NCBI RefSeq assembly: GCF_003704095.1
Contig: NW_020847584.1
Coordinates: forward strand, 62,001 to 126,000
DNA: 64,000 nucleotides
Direction: 5' to 3'
Source of the DNA: Pocillopora damicornis
Taxonomy: Eukaryota
Part shown: positions 39,637-54,200 of the stretch, one piece after another
Layout: each line of letters starts with the position of its first letter
How positions within the stretch are numbered: position 1 is the stretch's first letter
Made by a program: the position numbers and the translations under genes
The notes under the pieces: model-generated
Told to the model about the DNA's origin: nothing
Seen by the model: the letters and a program-made list of their open reading frames with translations, nothing else
Database searches by the model: none

Positions 39637-42600
39637 TCAAACCGCACACACATCATCAATGTGCTGACTGCCAGTGGGGTAGCTTGCTGTTTTCTCATGG
39701 AGTACAACATGTAAAGTGGGGAATTCAATAATAGTCTTCTTGTTCAAACAACTTTTCAAAGTCTGTGAAATATCTAGCTGGTGATACCTGGAAAGGAATC
39801 AGAATAAAGTAACCTTTACTCCAAAATAGCGAAAAGCCAATATGGAGACCTGGAACGCTATTTGTGACCAATCAAGGAAACGTGGACATGGTCTCCAGTA
39901 CAAATGAAAAGTTGTGGTAGGATTTCCCTCGGTGCCTTGTGGGCAAGTAGATACAGTTAGAAATAAGGTCTCACTTTGCCTATTATTTTTAACAACAGTT
40001 ACTGTGGATCTTCGCGCGGTGATAATGGACACAACGGTCATTAATTACATGATAGGAAAAAATGCTATCTTATTGATGTTAATTTGCTGCAGTGGCTTTT
40101 TTATGGACGCGCCGGACTGTTCTCACACAAATCAAACTTGTCAGTTTGAATTTGAGGTCTTTCACTACTGAAGAAAGGATCAATGCAAAGTCATATAATC
40201 GGATTTTTCTTTCAAATGACCGAGAATGAGGTGAGACCGACTATTGTTCTTTGTTGAGAACTGAATGACCTGGCACGAACTGGAATGAAAAAACCAAAAT
40301 TGTATGCGTACGCGAGATGAAGAGTTTCCAGTTAAAGGAAACTGAGTAATATACAAGATACAAAATTCTTGTTTGTTCTGATCTTGGCTAAAAGGGTTTC
40401 TCTAAGGTGCCGAGGTCTCCTATATCTGAAGACCATTTTCAGGGCGAGAATATGCTAATAAAATCACGATGAAAAGTCATGCTTAAAGCTAAACTAGACT
40501 TAAAAAAAAACAAGCTACAATCCTTTTACCCCTTTTCCTTTCGTCAATATTGGCAATAAGAAAATTGGAATACGTTGAGTACACTCACCATTTAGAAGGA
40601 AGCAGTGAGATTCGAGAAAAGTCGATAAGGGTTGTACTTTTGTCAGAGATTAAAATTAGAAATATATGATTAAAATTGATATCCTTGACTATTATATTTT
40701 ATGATTGTGTCAATAACAAAAAGCTTGAATGTGACTGGAAAGGAACTTAAACATGAAACTTAACTTTACCTAATTTCTCTTCCAGGAACAAGCTCATTTT
40801 TTAAAAACACACATACTCCTTGGGTTCCAACTTCACAATACTTCTTTAAACTATTAAAATAAAACATTAGAGTGATGGCAATGAAATTGCTTACTATAAT
40901 TATAACACTTGTATACTAATCTTTGGACTTTTTTGTGATTTACAATCAGGTGGCCATATCTGAGGGTGAAATAGCTGAATGAATAAACATACTTATAAGC
41001 TTCTTCTAGTACTTGGTTTATTGGAAGATAATCCCTGAGGCTAAGGATTGTGCAAAATATGAACTGCAAGTCAAGATATCTTTCAGCCAAAAGCATAAAT
41101 CTGTTGACCTTTCAGAAGACCAGTTCTGATTCATCTATAAAAAACATTGTTTCAGAGCTATGTGTAAGTGGGGTAGTAAGTTGCACATTATATACTTTCT
41201 TTTGGCCAACTACAGTACACTACCTTTGTTTGTACACAGCATCTGCTTTCTCAGGGTCTATATACTTTCTAAGGGCATCTCCTAAACTTTCTTGCTCTGA
41301 AACACTGCAATCCATTTGTATCACCAAAAAAGAAAGCAACAAGAGAGGAGTACCTCATGAGACTGCTTTTGATGGGAAAAATTATAATGATATACAAGCA
41401 AATCTGGAGAGTATAATTCATATAACATAGAAAGTTCATGACATTAGATGTTTTGAAAGTAAAACACATCTCTAAGAGTCCAACCATTTGTCAGTATATT
41501 CCACTCCAACTTCAGGGAATAACCACTGAATTCTCCACTTTATGCACTTTTCTCTACATAGGAAGAGAGAGAAAGAATTTTTAAATTTCAAAGTTGCTGA
41601 TGAGTGATTAGCTGCTATGAGACCATAGAAATGAGGTGGAGGGTAGAGCAGTTTAAACCTGAAAAATTATAGCAGAGCTTGCAGCACATGGAAGCATGCA
41701 TGCAGTGTGGCCCTATATACCACCATATTCACAACTGACAGCTTATCTGTAGTGAATGGTCAAATGTGAAAACTAGGAACTATAAATTAATAGCAATCCT
41801 CTCCAGTGAGCTGTTGCAAGTAAAGAAATTGCCTGTAATGTATATTACTTAGTTACTTACTTTCTGTTAAAATTTGTTGTATTCTCCTTCCTCCTAGACA
41901 TTCCATTTGGCAAGATCTTTAAATTCACACCACGTTGCTTTGCTACAAGACAAAGCTGCCTAACCTAAACAATTTAGAGTAATCAGACAAATAGGAAGGG
42001 TGATGGGATTGATTTTGCTTAACTTTGTTATCTGATTCTTGATCTCTCTCAACCAATCAGATGCAAAACAAAACCCTATCATGACTTGGTTACCTACATT
42101 TCCCTGTGTTTTTGGCAGTTAGCTTGTTTTCAATTTGAGTTTTCATAAGCTCTTTAGGATATTTTCCTTTGTCACGATTGGTTGCTGTGATTATTATGAT
42201 ACTCAATTGAAAAGCACTCTATTATTAACAGAAAATGGTTTGGGGATCATAACTTGTTGATGTTGAGAGGGAACCTGCTCCTGCATAAGTTGATACTAAA
42301 CAATAACAGGTGGCTGCACACATTGAATCACTTTTCTAGTCTCATTAAATCTAGATCTGTTTGACTAAATAAAGTTTTACTCAAATTTTTTACATTGAAT
42401 GCCCTAGGGAAGTAAAATTATGATCATAGACAGCCAAACATAAGGAATTTAGAAATGAGACACAGTCTAAGGACACTCCTATGACTTTCACAAGTTTGCA
42501 CATTTTTCAGTATTTTTCTCTGTTTTTAAGTCAGTTCTATCAAAATGAAAACCTCCTTTTTAACTGCTGTATAATGTAATCATTGAAGTCTACCAGTCAG

Positions 42601-44945
42601 TAGCTTGTAAAGGGCATGCTGTAGAGGTCAGTATTTATAATTTCTTGTAAAATTTCACTTTTTTTTTTTGGGTTTAAGCGTTAAGAAAAATACTAAATGA
42701 TCATTATTGTGTAGTTAACTACAAAATTAGGTAGACAAACCAGTTTTCATTTGAATCTGAAACCAACCTTCACTCAAGTTGTCAAAAGGTCAGTTATTGT
42801 TACTAACAATAAACATAGGCATGCCTAGCATGCTAGAGTTATTTTTTCAGCTGGGTGAGTTGAGTGGGACAGTTTCTGTACTTAACATTTTCATTTTGTT
42901 GCTGAAAAGAGCATAACTTTCAAAAAATGAAAATATCACTGAAAGACATAAGAAACCTAATTTATCTGAACTCACACAGATATTATGTGATCTACTGTCT
43001 CTATTGTTTACTGTTGTCTCCTTCGCAGCTGTTGTTTGGTCTTGTAACACCATGCCCTCTATTTCCCGTTTGAGAGAGAGCATGTTCTGTGACGAGACCA
43101 AATACTGTTTGCAAAAGAGACTACGTTTATTGCCGTTCCTCCAACAGAGAGAAAATCAAAATTATTCGTCTATGGTTAGTTACCTCAAAAATATAATTCC
43201 ATGTAATTTTACTATGAAAAGCAAACTGACACTTTGTTGTACCTCTTATAGACCCTTGATTGGTTGTTGTCTATCTGGACTTTACCCTCTCTGTGTGAAT
43301 TATGTGATAAAATGGACCTTGTTTTAGATGGAATTAACACACAATTGGGTAAAGTCCAAGGTAACTTAAAGTGACTCTAAATTGTGGAAAAAGTTAAATG
43401 TGGGAGGAGTGCGTGGAAAACACAATATCAATAGCATTTAATCTATGTGAATTTTTTCAGTGGGGTTGGAAAATGCACTTAGAATACGTGATAAATGCAG
43501 GTTGTTTACAAGAAAATGACACGTGATTGAGCAAAGTCCTATGTGGCAAAATGGAATTTGATTGGTGGAATACAATTCAAGCATGTGAAAAATTGCCCAA
43601 TGTTCATGCAGTGCAATGATTGGGTATGTTCTGATTGGACTTTGAATGCTGTTTTCATGGTATGTGATGAAATGCAAGTTGTTTGGCCTATGCATATGGA
43701 CTCTGAAGTATTATTTTTTGCATACTTGACACCAATCTCAGTGAAGTCCTGGTATCATCAGCACAGCAAGGAAACTTCACTTAACTTTCAAACACAAAAC
43801 TACACCCACCTGGAAGTTCTGATGTCTTCTGTTAAACTTGCTTTGACTATGATGTGCTGTAGAGTTCACAAGTCTGTCCATGTCCTCCAAAAACACAAGG
43901 TCTATAAAGCAGAAGCAATTTGTTAGCAATTTCCGGGAATCACATATATACAACATGCAAACTACAAACTGGACAGTCAGAGGCATCTGGTCGCAAGGGT
44001 AGATTATCTATTTTACTTTTACTTCCCTTCTGTAATTTATCAACCACTCATACCCCTGTGTTTACCGTACTCATTTCTCCAAATGAAAGTGGTTCAGGGT
44101 TTGTATTTCACTGTTTATTGGCCCTAACATTAGATGCTTACCGGTAATTACGATAATAGAAATGATCATAAAGGATGATAAGTTGTTTAACTTATTTTTG
44201 TTTTCATGACATGCTACCTTGAAAGTGTTGATTGATTCAAAAACAAACCTTGTTTTACCTTGTTAAGTCTTAAGATTATTTAAAATCCATGAAAAGCAAT
44301 TGTTTTTGGTATAGCCCTCAATGACCATGGAAGCCCATCTGGAACTATTTGTAACGTGAATATTCACCACAACCCATTTTGTGATATCAGCGATTTTCAT
44401 ACACATGTAATTAAAATAATTTTAAAATTTCACCCATCACTAAGATTTTGTGACAAAGAAGGTTACTCACCCGATTGTAAGTTACTGCATTTGAAGTTGT
44501 CAAGTGATATAAACTTGGTCTTACAACGTACTCCTGAACACTGAAATTTCATCTTGTGACTCTTCACACATCTTAGACTAGAAGTTAATCAAAACAAATA
44601 ACTGGTTGTACTTAAAGTTAACTATTAAAGTATTTGTGGAGTAAAAACCGTGATTCTACAAATATCACAGAATAAGGTCAGCAATTTTTTTATCTATTTA
44701 TTGACAAATTCAGTTTCTAGCCGAAAAAATAACAAATCCTTCCTCGTGTAAGTTTCTTTACATTCAGACGGATCTTACTCATTTCTTGTCTTGAAACAAG
44801 CTAGTATACATGCATGTATCCCTAACAGATCGTAATTTTACAAAATCCGTTACCTGCATGTTTTTTTGGCACATGTGGGACAGCAATATCTCGCAGTGTC
44901 CTCACAACACATCGCACACTTCGTGTTTGGTAAACTGTCCGCCAT
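39637..44945 (-). CDS. ZNHIT6: Box C/D snoRNA protein 1 (zinc finger HIT-type 6), 8 exons
   Basis: Exons 44945-44854, 44577-44471, 43901-43810, 41964-41861, 41553-41485, 41304-41224, 40850-40770, 39787-39637, in phase. zf-HIT CAMC..YCCPTCAKKTCSLRCVKSHK..CSG, SDLVFLED, RGVNLKILPNGMSRRKENTT, KYIDPEK, KTIIEFPTLHVVL. Confidence 0.93.
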
Positions 44946-45236
44946 ACTCTGGCCCACGTGTAACCGTATCCTCCCCTGCAAGGAGAGACGTAGCGGAGGG
45001 AGAGTGTGGGGTAAAGCGTCGGCTATTTTTAAACTCGTACCTAGGGGCCTCTCGGTTAGTTTTTTTCTATGGACGACTCGGTAAGAGGCTGAGCCGGCTG
45101 AGATGCGGTCAGTTGAGTTCTGGGTTTGGCTATGCGTTGGAGGCAAGCAAAGTTAGACATTGTATGAGATACTGATGGCGGACTTTCGCTGCCGGTGAAG
45201 ACTTCACGTTTCATTAAGATCGTTCAAACAACCGCA

Positions 45237-48200
45237 ATGTCCTCTAAGAGTACAGATTCGAGGCAGAGGTATTACAAAAACAAAGACAAAGATCAATCGG
45301 TGAGTAATATATTTTCTGATGTTTCACTGTTGGCGGGTGAATTTGAATGAGTGTCGGCATGCGACAGCTGCATCGTGCAGCATGTGTTCACTCACGACAA
45401 GTTGTAACTATAGCCACGAGAGTTATACCCCATCAAAGATGGTTTTTCGATTTACTGGACATAACTGATCATTACTACCTTACGAGAAGTAGGAGTTCTC
45501 AGCCCGTTCGCGTTCTTGTTTTTGGTACTGAGTGGTGTGTACCTCGTTGCACAGATTTTTCCTACAAATAGTTAAAAGTTTTCATGAGGTCTCCTGTGAA
45601 ATTTTTTTTACTTACATTTTCGTATGTTTTTCATTCACTAAGTACTTTCATTTTATTTGATAAGGTTTGTTTGCTTCCATTAGTAAAAATTTGTGTTTGT
45701 GAAAATTCTGTTTTGTCTCATGGTTTTGGCGGCGTTCCCAAAATTTGTGGCTAGCCTGATGTGTGAGTCTGTAGTTGTTTCTTTCGCTAAAATTTTTTGG
45801 TATGCCAGGTTGGTCTCTCTACATTTTCCCTTTTGTAAGTATTGTTTTTTCTCTCTGTGGTTGCTTGTGTTTGCTGGTTTTGTCCAAGTGCTGTATGTTT
45901 TGATTCTATGATGCAGTCATGGCTTTCCTATTTAGGATGCACAAGTAGCTGATTGTCAGATTGTGTCTGGTGTAGATCTTGTATGGTGCATAGTCTTTCA
46001 GGAAGCATTTGTTGACTATGAATTGGAACTTTTATCCAGTGTTAGTTTTTACCTTTAAATGCACCAAAGGGTTGTGCCATGTGATGTTCCTTTTCCTGTT
46101 CTTGTTCCTTTCTTCTGGTTGCTCTGTTTTGGTTTAAAACCAACCTGCACTATTAGCCACTCTTATCTGGCACCTTTTGGTAAGGGGCAATGGCTTTCAT
46201 AAAGACTTCTACGCTGAATAGATTGTTGGTTAGTTGTTTTTTGATGTCTTGTGAGATATTTCCTATCCTAATACTGGAAGATGGTTATTGTACTAGCAGA
46301 TATACAACTGTTTGTTTTTAATTTCATACATTACTAGTAGCATCAGCTTGAAGGGTTGAAAGCCATAGCTCTGTCAAACAAATCTGTCATGATGTGGAAT
46401 GTACTGTTAAAGATTTGGTTTGTCCATGATGAATCTTTGATGCAGCAGGATTAATTTGGTTGTATTGCAAGGTTATGTTAATTTGCAAAAATAAGCACAA
46501 TTCATGAAATTCTCAGTTATTGACCTTTTCCTTATATACAGAAGAAATCTTTTCAGGTACATAGTCAAAATCCGCCCGTGGCAAATCTTCCAGTTGTTTA
46601 TTTTATTCTCAGCCATGAAAATGCCATTACCAAAGCCACTGAGTATAAAACTTTCTGTGTTTCCTTTTGTATTTTTATTTCCCTCTCCTTCTAAGAAATT
46701 TTTAAGGTCACTGTCTGTAAGTGATACCAATTTTTAAGTGTTTAAGCAGCCATAATCCAAGAAAATTTAGACATACAACCTTGGATAATGAATGGCAAAT
46801 GCTTTGCCATTCATTCTTCAACATGACAGAGTGGCATGACAGGCAAGTGATGTGCCAGCAGCTGATTGGCAGTATCAAATGCATGAAAAATTATTTTATT
46901 TTTCACATTTGTTGTCAGGCTTTTCTCAGGGTTGGGAATCCTTCTATAACACTGCAGTTTACATGATAAAAGATTTTACTAATTTGAAGTGTCAACAAGA
47001 TAGTTCTTGTGAAGACCACTGTAGGACAGCAAGTGTATCATGATGTTTATATTGTTTTCAGGAATAACTGCCTTAGAATTATAACTTTCCAAGGTCACAA
47101 CTTGGAGCCATTCAGTTTTCTGGATTTAAATTTTCACATACAAATATCTTTAAAGATGATGTACAGTAGAAAATACACTGTACATGGTACACTCTGTTTA
47201 CTGTACTATCATTGTTGATTCAGTGATTTGTTCTTTTTTGCGAAGAAAGGGAGTTTGCACCAGTCTGTGGCAGGCCGGGAGCTGAGTTGAATGGAAGGAG
47301 TGCAATTTGTTATTAGTTTGTATTGTCAAGTAATAAATTTCTCATTTTGTAGTGAGGTATAGCTTGCACAAGGAGTTCTTAACATGACATGCCTTTCTTC
47401 TTCTTTTCTTTTTTCAGGCACTAAGACAAAGGAGGAATGAAGTCACAATAGAGCTAAGAAAGGTTTCTTGTTGTATTTGTTTTTAAGGGCATTCACTTTC
47501 TCTCTTCGCTGCTTCATGCTCTTGCCAATTTAAAGAGTAATTTCACTTCCAGTTTTCATATTTTGCACATTTACAGTGGGGTAGGGGGTAATACCTACAA
47601 GTACAACAAAATGTTTTTGTTTTTCTTTTATTTATTTTTACTCACGTTCTAAATCTAGACTATTTTGAAACTGAAATGTCTTAAATCAAGTATGAAGTAA
47701 GAGCTGCGACTGTAACAAAGAGTCATAGGAAAACTTTAACAGGATTGCATATATTTTCTCGAACACTCTTACAAATTTTTCTTACAAAATATTTGGCTTG
47801 AGTTCCCATCTTTGAAGAGTTTATTCTTGGCTGATATTTGCTATCTCAGTTTGATTGAAAACGCTAATTTTCCCTTTATGATTCCTTAAATTAACTAATA
47901 CTTAATCTTAATTTACTGGTTAATTTGTATCAAAAACAGGCCAAAAGAGATGACTGTGTTCAAAAGAAGAGAAATGTCCCACAGGATATTGTGGATGATA
48001 AAGAGGATCACCTACAGGTTATTACATAGCTCTTAATGTGGATATTTATTATGTCCAGGCTTTAGACAGAATATACAGGGTGAAAGGAAAAATTTATGGA
48101 GGAAAAGGCTAATTGAAAAATTCAACTTTGTTAATCATCTTCTGACCATGGATCCTCTATTGCAAATGGCCATAAATTTCTCAGTCAGACAGGAGTTGCA

Positions 48201-51200
48201 GTTTAAAAGTAGTTTGTGAGCTGTTGTAGTGTGGGCATGTCTGTATTATCCATCTTTCTCTCCATCCATTTGTCCATCCTTTTATCCATCAGTCTTTCTG
48301 TCTTTGTAATATTTTTTTGTATTTTAACAGGGAAAGAGTCTGCAGAGTATTGTTGTGGTAAGTTTTTGTTGCTTACTGTGAACAAAAAAAGTGTAATGTA
48401 CTTCAACTGGCCTGTTTGTTGATTACTGATTTTGGCTCAATATTTTAGTTACTAATATGTAAAATAAAAAGTATTGATGGTTTTTTTGTGTGATTATCAG
48501 AGCAATTTTCAATCAAGTGTAAAACTTGATTGAAAATTCACCACATGATTGATTTGCTTCTGATTAAGTTTGGAGATACTCTCTACCTCTTCACACCCAC
48601 ATTATACAGAGTAGCTTGCATTTCTTTGTTAAATAAAAACTGTAATGTTGTTGTATGATAATGTTTTCAGTAAGTAAGTAAGTAAGTAAGTAAGTAACAA
48701 CTTTATTTAAAGAGGCACTGACAGGTTATCAGGAGATATAAAAAGACAACTTAAGCTATATATTACATGTAGGCATGCATTTTCCATTCTTGATGTAACT
48801 GGCCAGTCTGGATCACTATGTTTGAGTCAATTAGTCACATGTAACTTTATCGTGTCTAGAATGCAAGTAGTCAAGACCCCAAAGAGCAACTTGGTGCTGT
48901 ACAAGCAGCAAGGTACATATGTTATCTAGTGTACTGTGTCTTGTTAGAGGTCCCAGCATCTTTGATTTCAAGAGCAGCCTGGGAAATTTACAATACTGCA
49001 AACTTCAAATGGGTTTGGTATCTGAAATATTTTTATAAGTTGTTTTGGCAGAATTTTGGTGATTTTAAATCTATTACTGCCAACAAAAGATTGGTTGCAT
49101 CAATCACTGAGCACTGTTGTTAATTCTTTTGAGTAACTATGTTTGTGTCTGCCTCCAATGTTCTGTAGGACTGCATTGTGAAGCTTGGATTTTTAAATTT
49201 AAGCTTTGTTTAAATACCTTTTCAAATTTTTTGCTAGGAAACTACTTTCTAAAGATCGCAATCCTCCCATTGATGAACTGATAGAGTAAGTTTAAATATA
49301 TTTTGTTTTAGTTATTATCAAACCTGAAAATCCAATGTTAGGAAAATTAATTATATGTTCAAAGCACAGCAATATAAATGAATATTAGCCTTAAGATATT
49401 GAGAGGGCATTGTAACTAAGGTATACTCACACTGGTGAGAGTTGGGACATGCTCCAGTAGTTAGAAGTTACCACCATAAGGATGATTGGTTTTATTTTTA
49501 AAATGAGAGTGAAAGCATGTTCTGTATACTGGGACAAAGAAGTAGCATTTTTACAGGTATTTTAAAGAGGTTGGCTTTTAGTGAAGGTTGAATGGTATGC
49601 TGACAAAGTGGGCATAAATGTTCCTACAGTACGTAATTAGTGGTGTTACAGAATGATGTAATTTCATTGGTTAATACATCACCAGTATTTGAAATGTGTC
49701 AATTCAATGTTCAATTCATTTTCATTTCTACACTCTACATTTAGGTCTGGCATTCTCCCAGTTCTTGTAAAATGCCTTGAAAGAGATGACAAGTAAGTTG
49801 ATCGTATGTGTAAACAAAAAATAAATTGTTAACTCATCAAATGATGTAAGGGATTTACCATTCCCCCATTTATTTCACCTCAATTTTGAAGTTTTGGGTT
49901 CTACTTTTCGAAATACATGCTACAACCTTATCTGAGTATCATATAAGTGTTCTTTATGACCAACAAATATTCCGATGACCTCAAAATTTTTTGGTTTTGT
50001 GGGCTTGCTGTCTGTATTTTTCCCCTGTTCAACAGTGTACTAAATAGAGGATATTGCATGGTGGCAAGAAGATGAATTTTATGTTTGACATAAAATTCAT
50101 ATCTTTAAGCTAATGTGTAATTTTCTTTTTATTGTATATGGACAATAAATAGACATGATAGAGACTTAAAAGCTGGCTCTATGAAAATACTGGGTATCAC
50201 TTGAAACAAAATACCTGTTTCCTAAATTATAAGAAGGTTTTCATGTAGCACTGTCAGCTAGACCAAAATATTTGTGAGCTGGTTTTATCTGCCCAGTGAA
50301 AATTCAGTTCCTGATTCTGACATGAATCATTGCATACTATTATTTACAAACCTTTGAAGGCTGTTCAGCACAAACAGAACAAAAATTTACCTTTGTTTGT
50401 CTCTTTCACTGTAGTGAGCAGACACTTTTGACTATTCCTTATTACTACAACTACGTAAATACATGTACCTTTAAATGCATACAATAATAAGGGTGCTTTT
50501 GATTTTTGTGGTGTTGGGAAGGTTATCTCTCATTGATTTAATTTTCTGATTATTATTAGGGGTTTCAATGAGCTAGCAGAAGTCTGCCACTGCATAAAGA
50601 ACTCTTGCCATTTTCTGTTTTGATTCTATTTTTATAAGTTTGTATGACTCATGTCAAGGTCACAGCCATTTGTTTGGCAGTTGGAAGCCCCTGGATAAAA
50701 AGGTTACTTAAACCCTGTGGTTGATTTTCTTCTTCCCTCTCTTCCACTTCTCAGCCCTTCTCTTCAGTTTGAAGCTGCTTGGGCTTTAACCAACATAGCA
50801 TCAGGTACATCAGAACAAACAAAGGCTGTAGTGAAAGCTGGTGAGTATGAATAGTAATACTACAACTTCTGTTGCTGGGTGCATTCATCAACTTGTTTAC
50901 TGTTTTATTTTTTAGGAAACCTAACCCAGCTTAACTTAACCAAACTATTAGAAGATAATATAATGATTGAAAAAGTGACAGTTTTAAAATCACTCTATTT
51001 GGTTCTAGATGCTGTTAAGTACTTCATGAAGTTACTTGGTTCTCCACATCAGAATGTTTGTGAGCAAGCAGTTTGGGCACTAGGGAACATTATTGGTAAG
51101 AGTTAATAGATGTTTATTCAAGATTGTTTATTTCACTAGTAAACTTATAGAAAATTGAAATGTTCTGTGTTCTGATTTCAGTTTAATTTAGAAAAGTAAT

Positions 51201-54200
51201 GGACCACACTTTCTATCAGTTTCCTAGGGTATTAACCAACTTGGGATGTTGGGAGAACACTCGAAAAGTTTGTAAATCACTTGCCTTGAGCTGGTGACTA
51301 ACAACCTTTGCCTTTGTTCTTCCAGCATCCCAAGTGAGTTATTTCACCTGTAATTTTGGTAAAAAAAATCATTGAAAGTGCATTGTTGGGAGTTTGAATT
51401 AACATTTCCCAAAGTTCCTTGGGACTCAAGATAAACTTTGGTCAGAATACTGAACACTTGTCCAATAAGTGATAGAGGTTAAAAGTAATTAAATTCTTGT
51501 AAGAGTTACATAAAAGGTTTATCTATAGTTCGTGCTCCTGGATTGATACAGTGCTTGTGTTATGCTTATTGATGTAAGACAAAGGAAAATTAGAAATTAA
51601 ACTTACATGGAAAAGAAATGTAAAACTTTTAACCACAACATAAATTTATGGCCTTTGTTCCTTTGATCTGGATCACTTGGTTTTACATGTTTTTTTTTCC
51701 AGGTGATGGTCCCAATTTAAGAGATTTTGTCATTAACCATGGAGTAGTGGCTCCACTGCTGAAGTTTGTTAACCCAAATGTTCCTGTAAGATTTTAATTT
51801 TTAAAAAGAAGTTGCAGTATCATTTGGCCACTGAGCTGAAATTTAGTTCTTGTTATATTTTGATATGTGAAAACTTTTCTTTACATTTTAAGAAATTCAA
51901 AGAAATGAAGTTGTAGTTTTTCTTTGTGTCAACCTCTGTATTGCTTTGTTCCTCTTCTTATCATTTAATATCTTTCAAATTTACAGATCAGTTTCTTGAG
52001 GAATGTGACATGGGTGATTGTTAATCTGTGTAGAAACAAAGAACCACCACCCCCAATGGAAACAATTCAAGAGGTAACTTAATCCTGTGCAGTGGTAAGA
52101 AAACCTTCCTGCAGGATGGTTTTTGTAAGGATAGCTCCCTTAACATTCCAATGTAATTGGATGAGTGTGACGTTAGCTTACGTTAGAGTCTCCCAGCTTA
52201 CTTATGAGTTATTAATTGTCTTTATAGATAGCCCTTTTTTTTTGTATTAACTTCACTATAATGCTGAACGTGAATTGTTGTACTTGTTATTTGTAGGTTC
52301 TTCCTGCACTAGCTCTCCTCATTCATCACCCAGATCTAAATGTGAGTAGGGAGGTTTTTGTTAAAATGACTTCATCGTTCTAACCTTAAACTTGCAGAAG
52401 TGATAAACATGTATCTCTTCCTTTAATATTCACACCTTATCCCGCAAACAGTTGATAAGAATACTCAACTTATCAGGTAGAAGTTATCTTGATCTAACAT
52501 CAAATTCTTGTAACTAATTTACAAGGTAATATCTGGCAGGTTGAAGGGAAAATTATGAATTTCATCTTGGTAGTTAAAGGGTTCATTATGGATATAGTCT
52601 GCTGAAATGCGTGAAATGTCTGCTAGTTTTGTTCAGTTTTGTTTAGAGTTTGTTTTAGGGTGGACTCGAGATGTTTAAGTCACTTGGTGCTTTATTCTAG
52701 AGATATCAATATCTCATGACAAAATGGCTTTAATACCATTCTCCATCATAGCCAGGATTATAATGATGGACCCTGGTTAGAAATTGGATAATTTACCAGT
52801 ATTTTCCAACTAGGTAGTCATCATCAATAACGAGGGTTTTGTGCTCAAGGCAGGTGTGGGCATTTATTGTTTATGGTTGGGGTGCAATTAGGTCAGGCCA
52901 GTTGGATATCACAACCAGCCTTTTAAAATATAAACACTTAAATTCGGCTCACGCAGGTAGCACACGTAGATAACACTCTGTAAGGTGTGTCATGTCACTG
53001 TTCCGTTGGTGTGGTCCGTCCCAGCTGGCAAATGTCTTCTTAAGTCTTTTGATTTTTCCTGTTTGAAATCCTAATCTACCATCGTCAACAAGTTTCTTGA
53101 CTTTTCTGCCCAATTGTATTTCAGATCTTAGTTGACACAGTCTGGGCATTGTCTTATCTCACAGATGGCGGTAATCACCAAATTCAGGTATTAATGGTGA
53201 ATGTAGTCAACGTTGTGGAAATGGTTACAACGCTATTAACAAAAGATAACAGTGAAAGTTTGTAAGAAGAGGAAAAATAAATTAATAACAGATTCAGGTT
53301 CGTGTCATAAGCTGCTGAAGGAGAAAAACACATTTCATGCGTGCACTGGTTAAGGTTTCGTTTCCGTTCACTCTCGACCTGCATTTAATTTTGATACTCG
53401 CGGTCTTTAGTTTAGTCAATCAATAAACAGGTAGGAAACTAATATTTTCTTAAAAGTCGTTTCCCACGGACGTTTCGCACCCAGTCGATTCTTACCCAGC
53501 CAGAACCATTCGTATCCAGTCAGCTGATTCGTTTCGCACCCATACTAATAAGGATTATTTTTCACGTTAAATAAATTAAGTATTTGAGTAAATGTTAAAA
53601 GTAAAGTCGATATCTCATGTTCAGTAGCAATATATTCTGCGCGAAACAAGTTCTGTTTATGTGGCGTCCATTTGCGGCCAGCATTCGTGGGGGGTTTCGT
53701 CAATTTGGCAGCCAACGCTCTTTAATAATCATTGATTGAGAAAGGAAGACGGATAATCGCTTGCACGTGGTCCTGCTTTGACTTGTCGATTTTTTTCTCT
53801 TAACCACGGATATTTTCTGGCTCTAAATGCAGTGCGGGTGACAATCAACGCTCGTACATTCAGTTTATTTATCAGTCTTCTCAAAGGTGTAAACTTACGC
53901 CCTCCCCTCCCTCCCCTCTTCTGATAAAACACCAGAGTAGATATATTTACGGAAGCATATATCCAAAAAACGTTGGAGGTTTCCATAGTTAAAAGGCAAT
54001 TTTTCCAACTATATTTTGGGAAGTTGTGAGAAGTACGATCTAGTTTGACGTAGGGATTTACTAAACTGCCTTTGGTTAACTTTTAGGAAGTTATTGATAA
54101 TGGAGTTGTTCCATCCCTTATACCCCTATTGAGCCATGGTGAAATAAAACTACAGGTAAGTAAAAGCGTTATCAATCGTGTACATGGAAACGACATGGCA

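Noticed and set aside
40049-40171. Signal-peptide-like ORF (MIGKNAILLML...CQFEFEVFHY) reminiscent of a multicopper-oxidase N-terminus
   Set aside because: Stops after 40 codons, lies antisense within a ZNHIT6 intron, and no further exons or copper-binding motifs were found.
40994-41040. Extra ZNHIT6 exon (SLRDYLPINQVLEEAY)
   Set aside because: Phase-compatible, but exon 40850-40770 accounts for the homologous segment much better; unsupported without transcript data.
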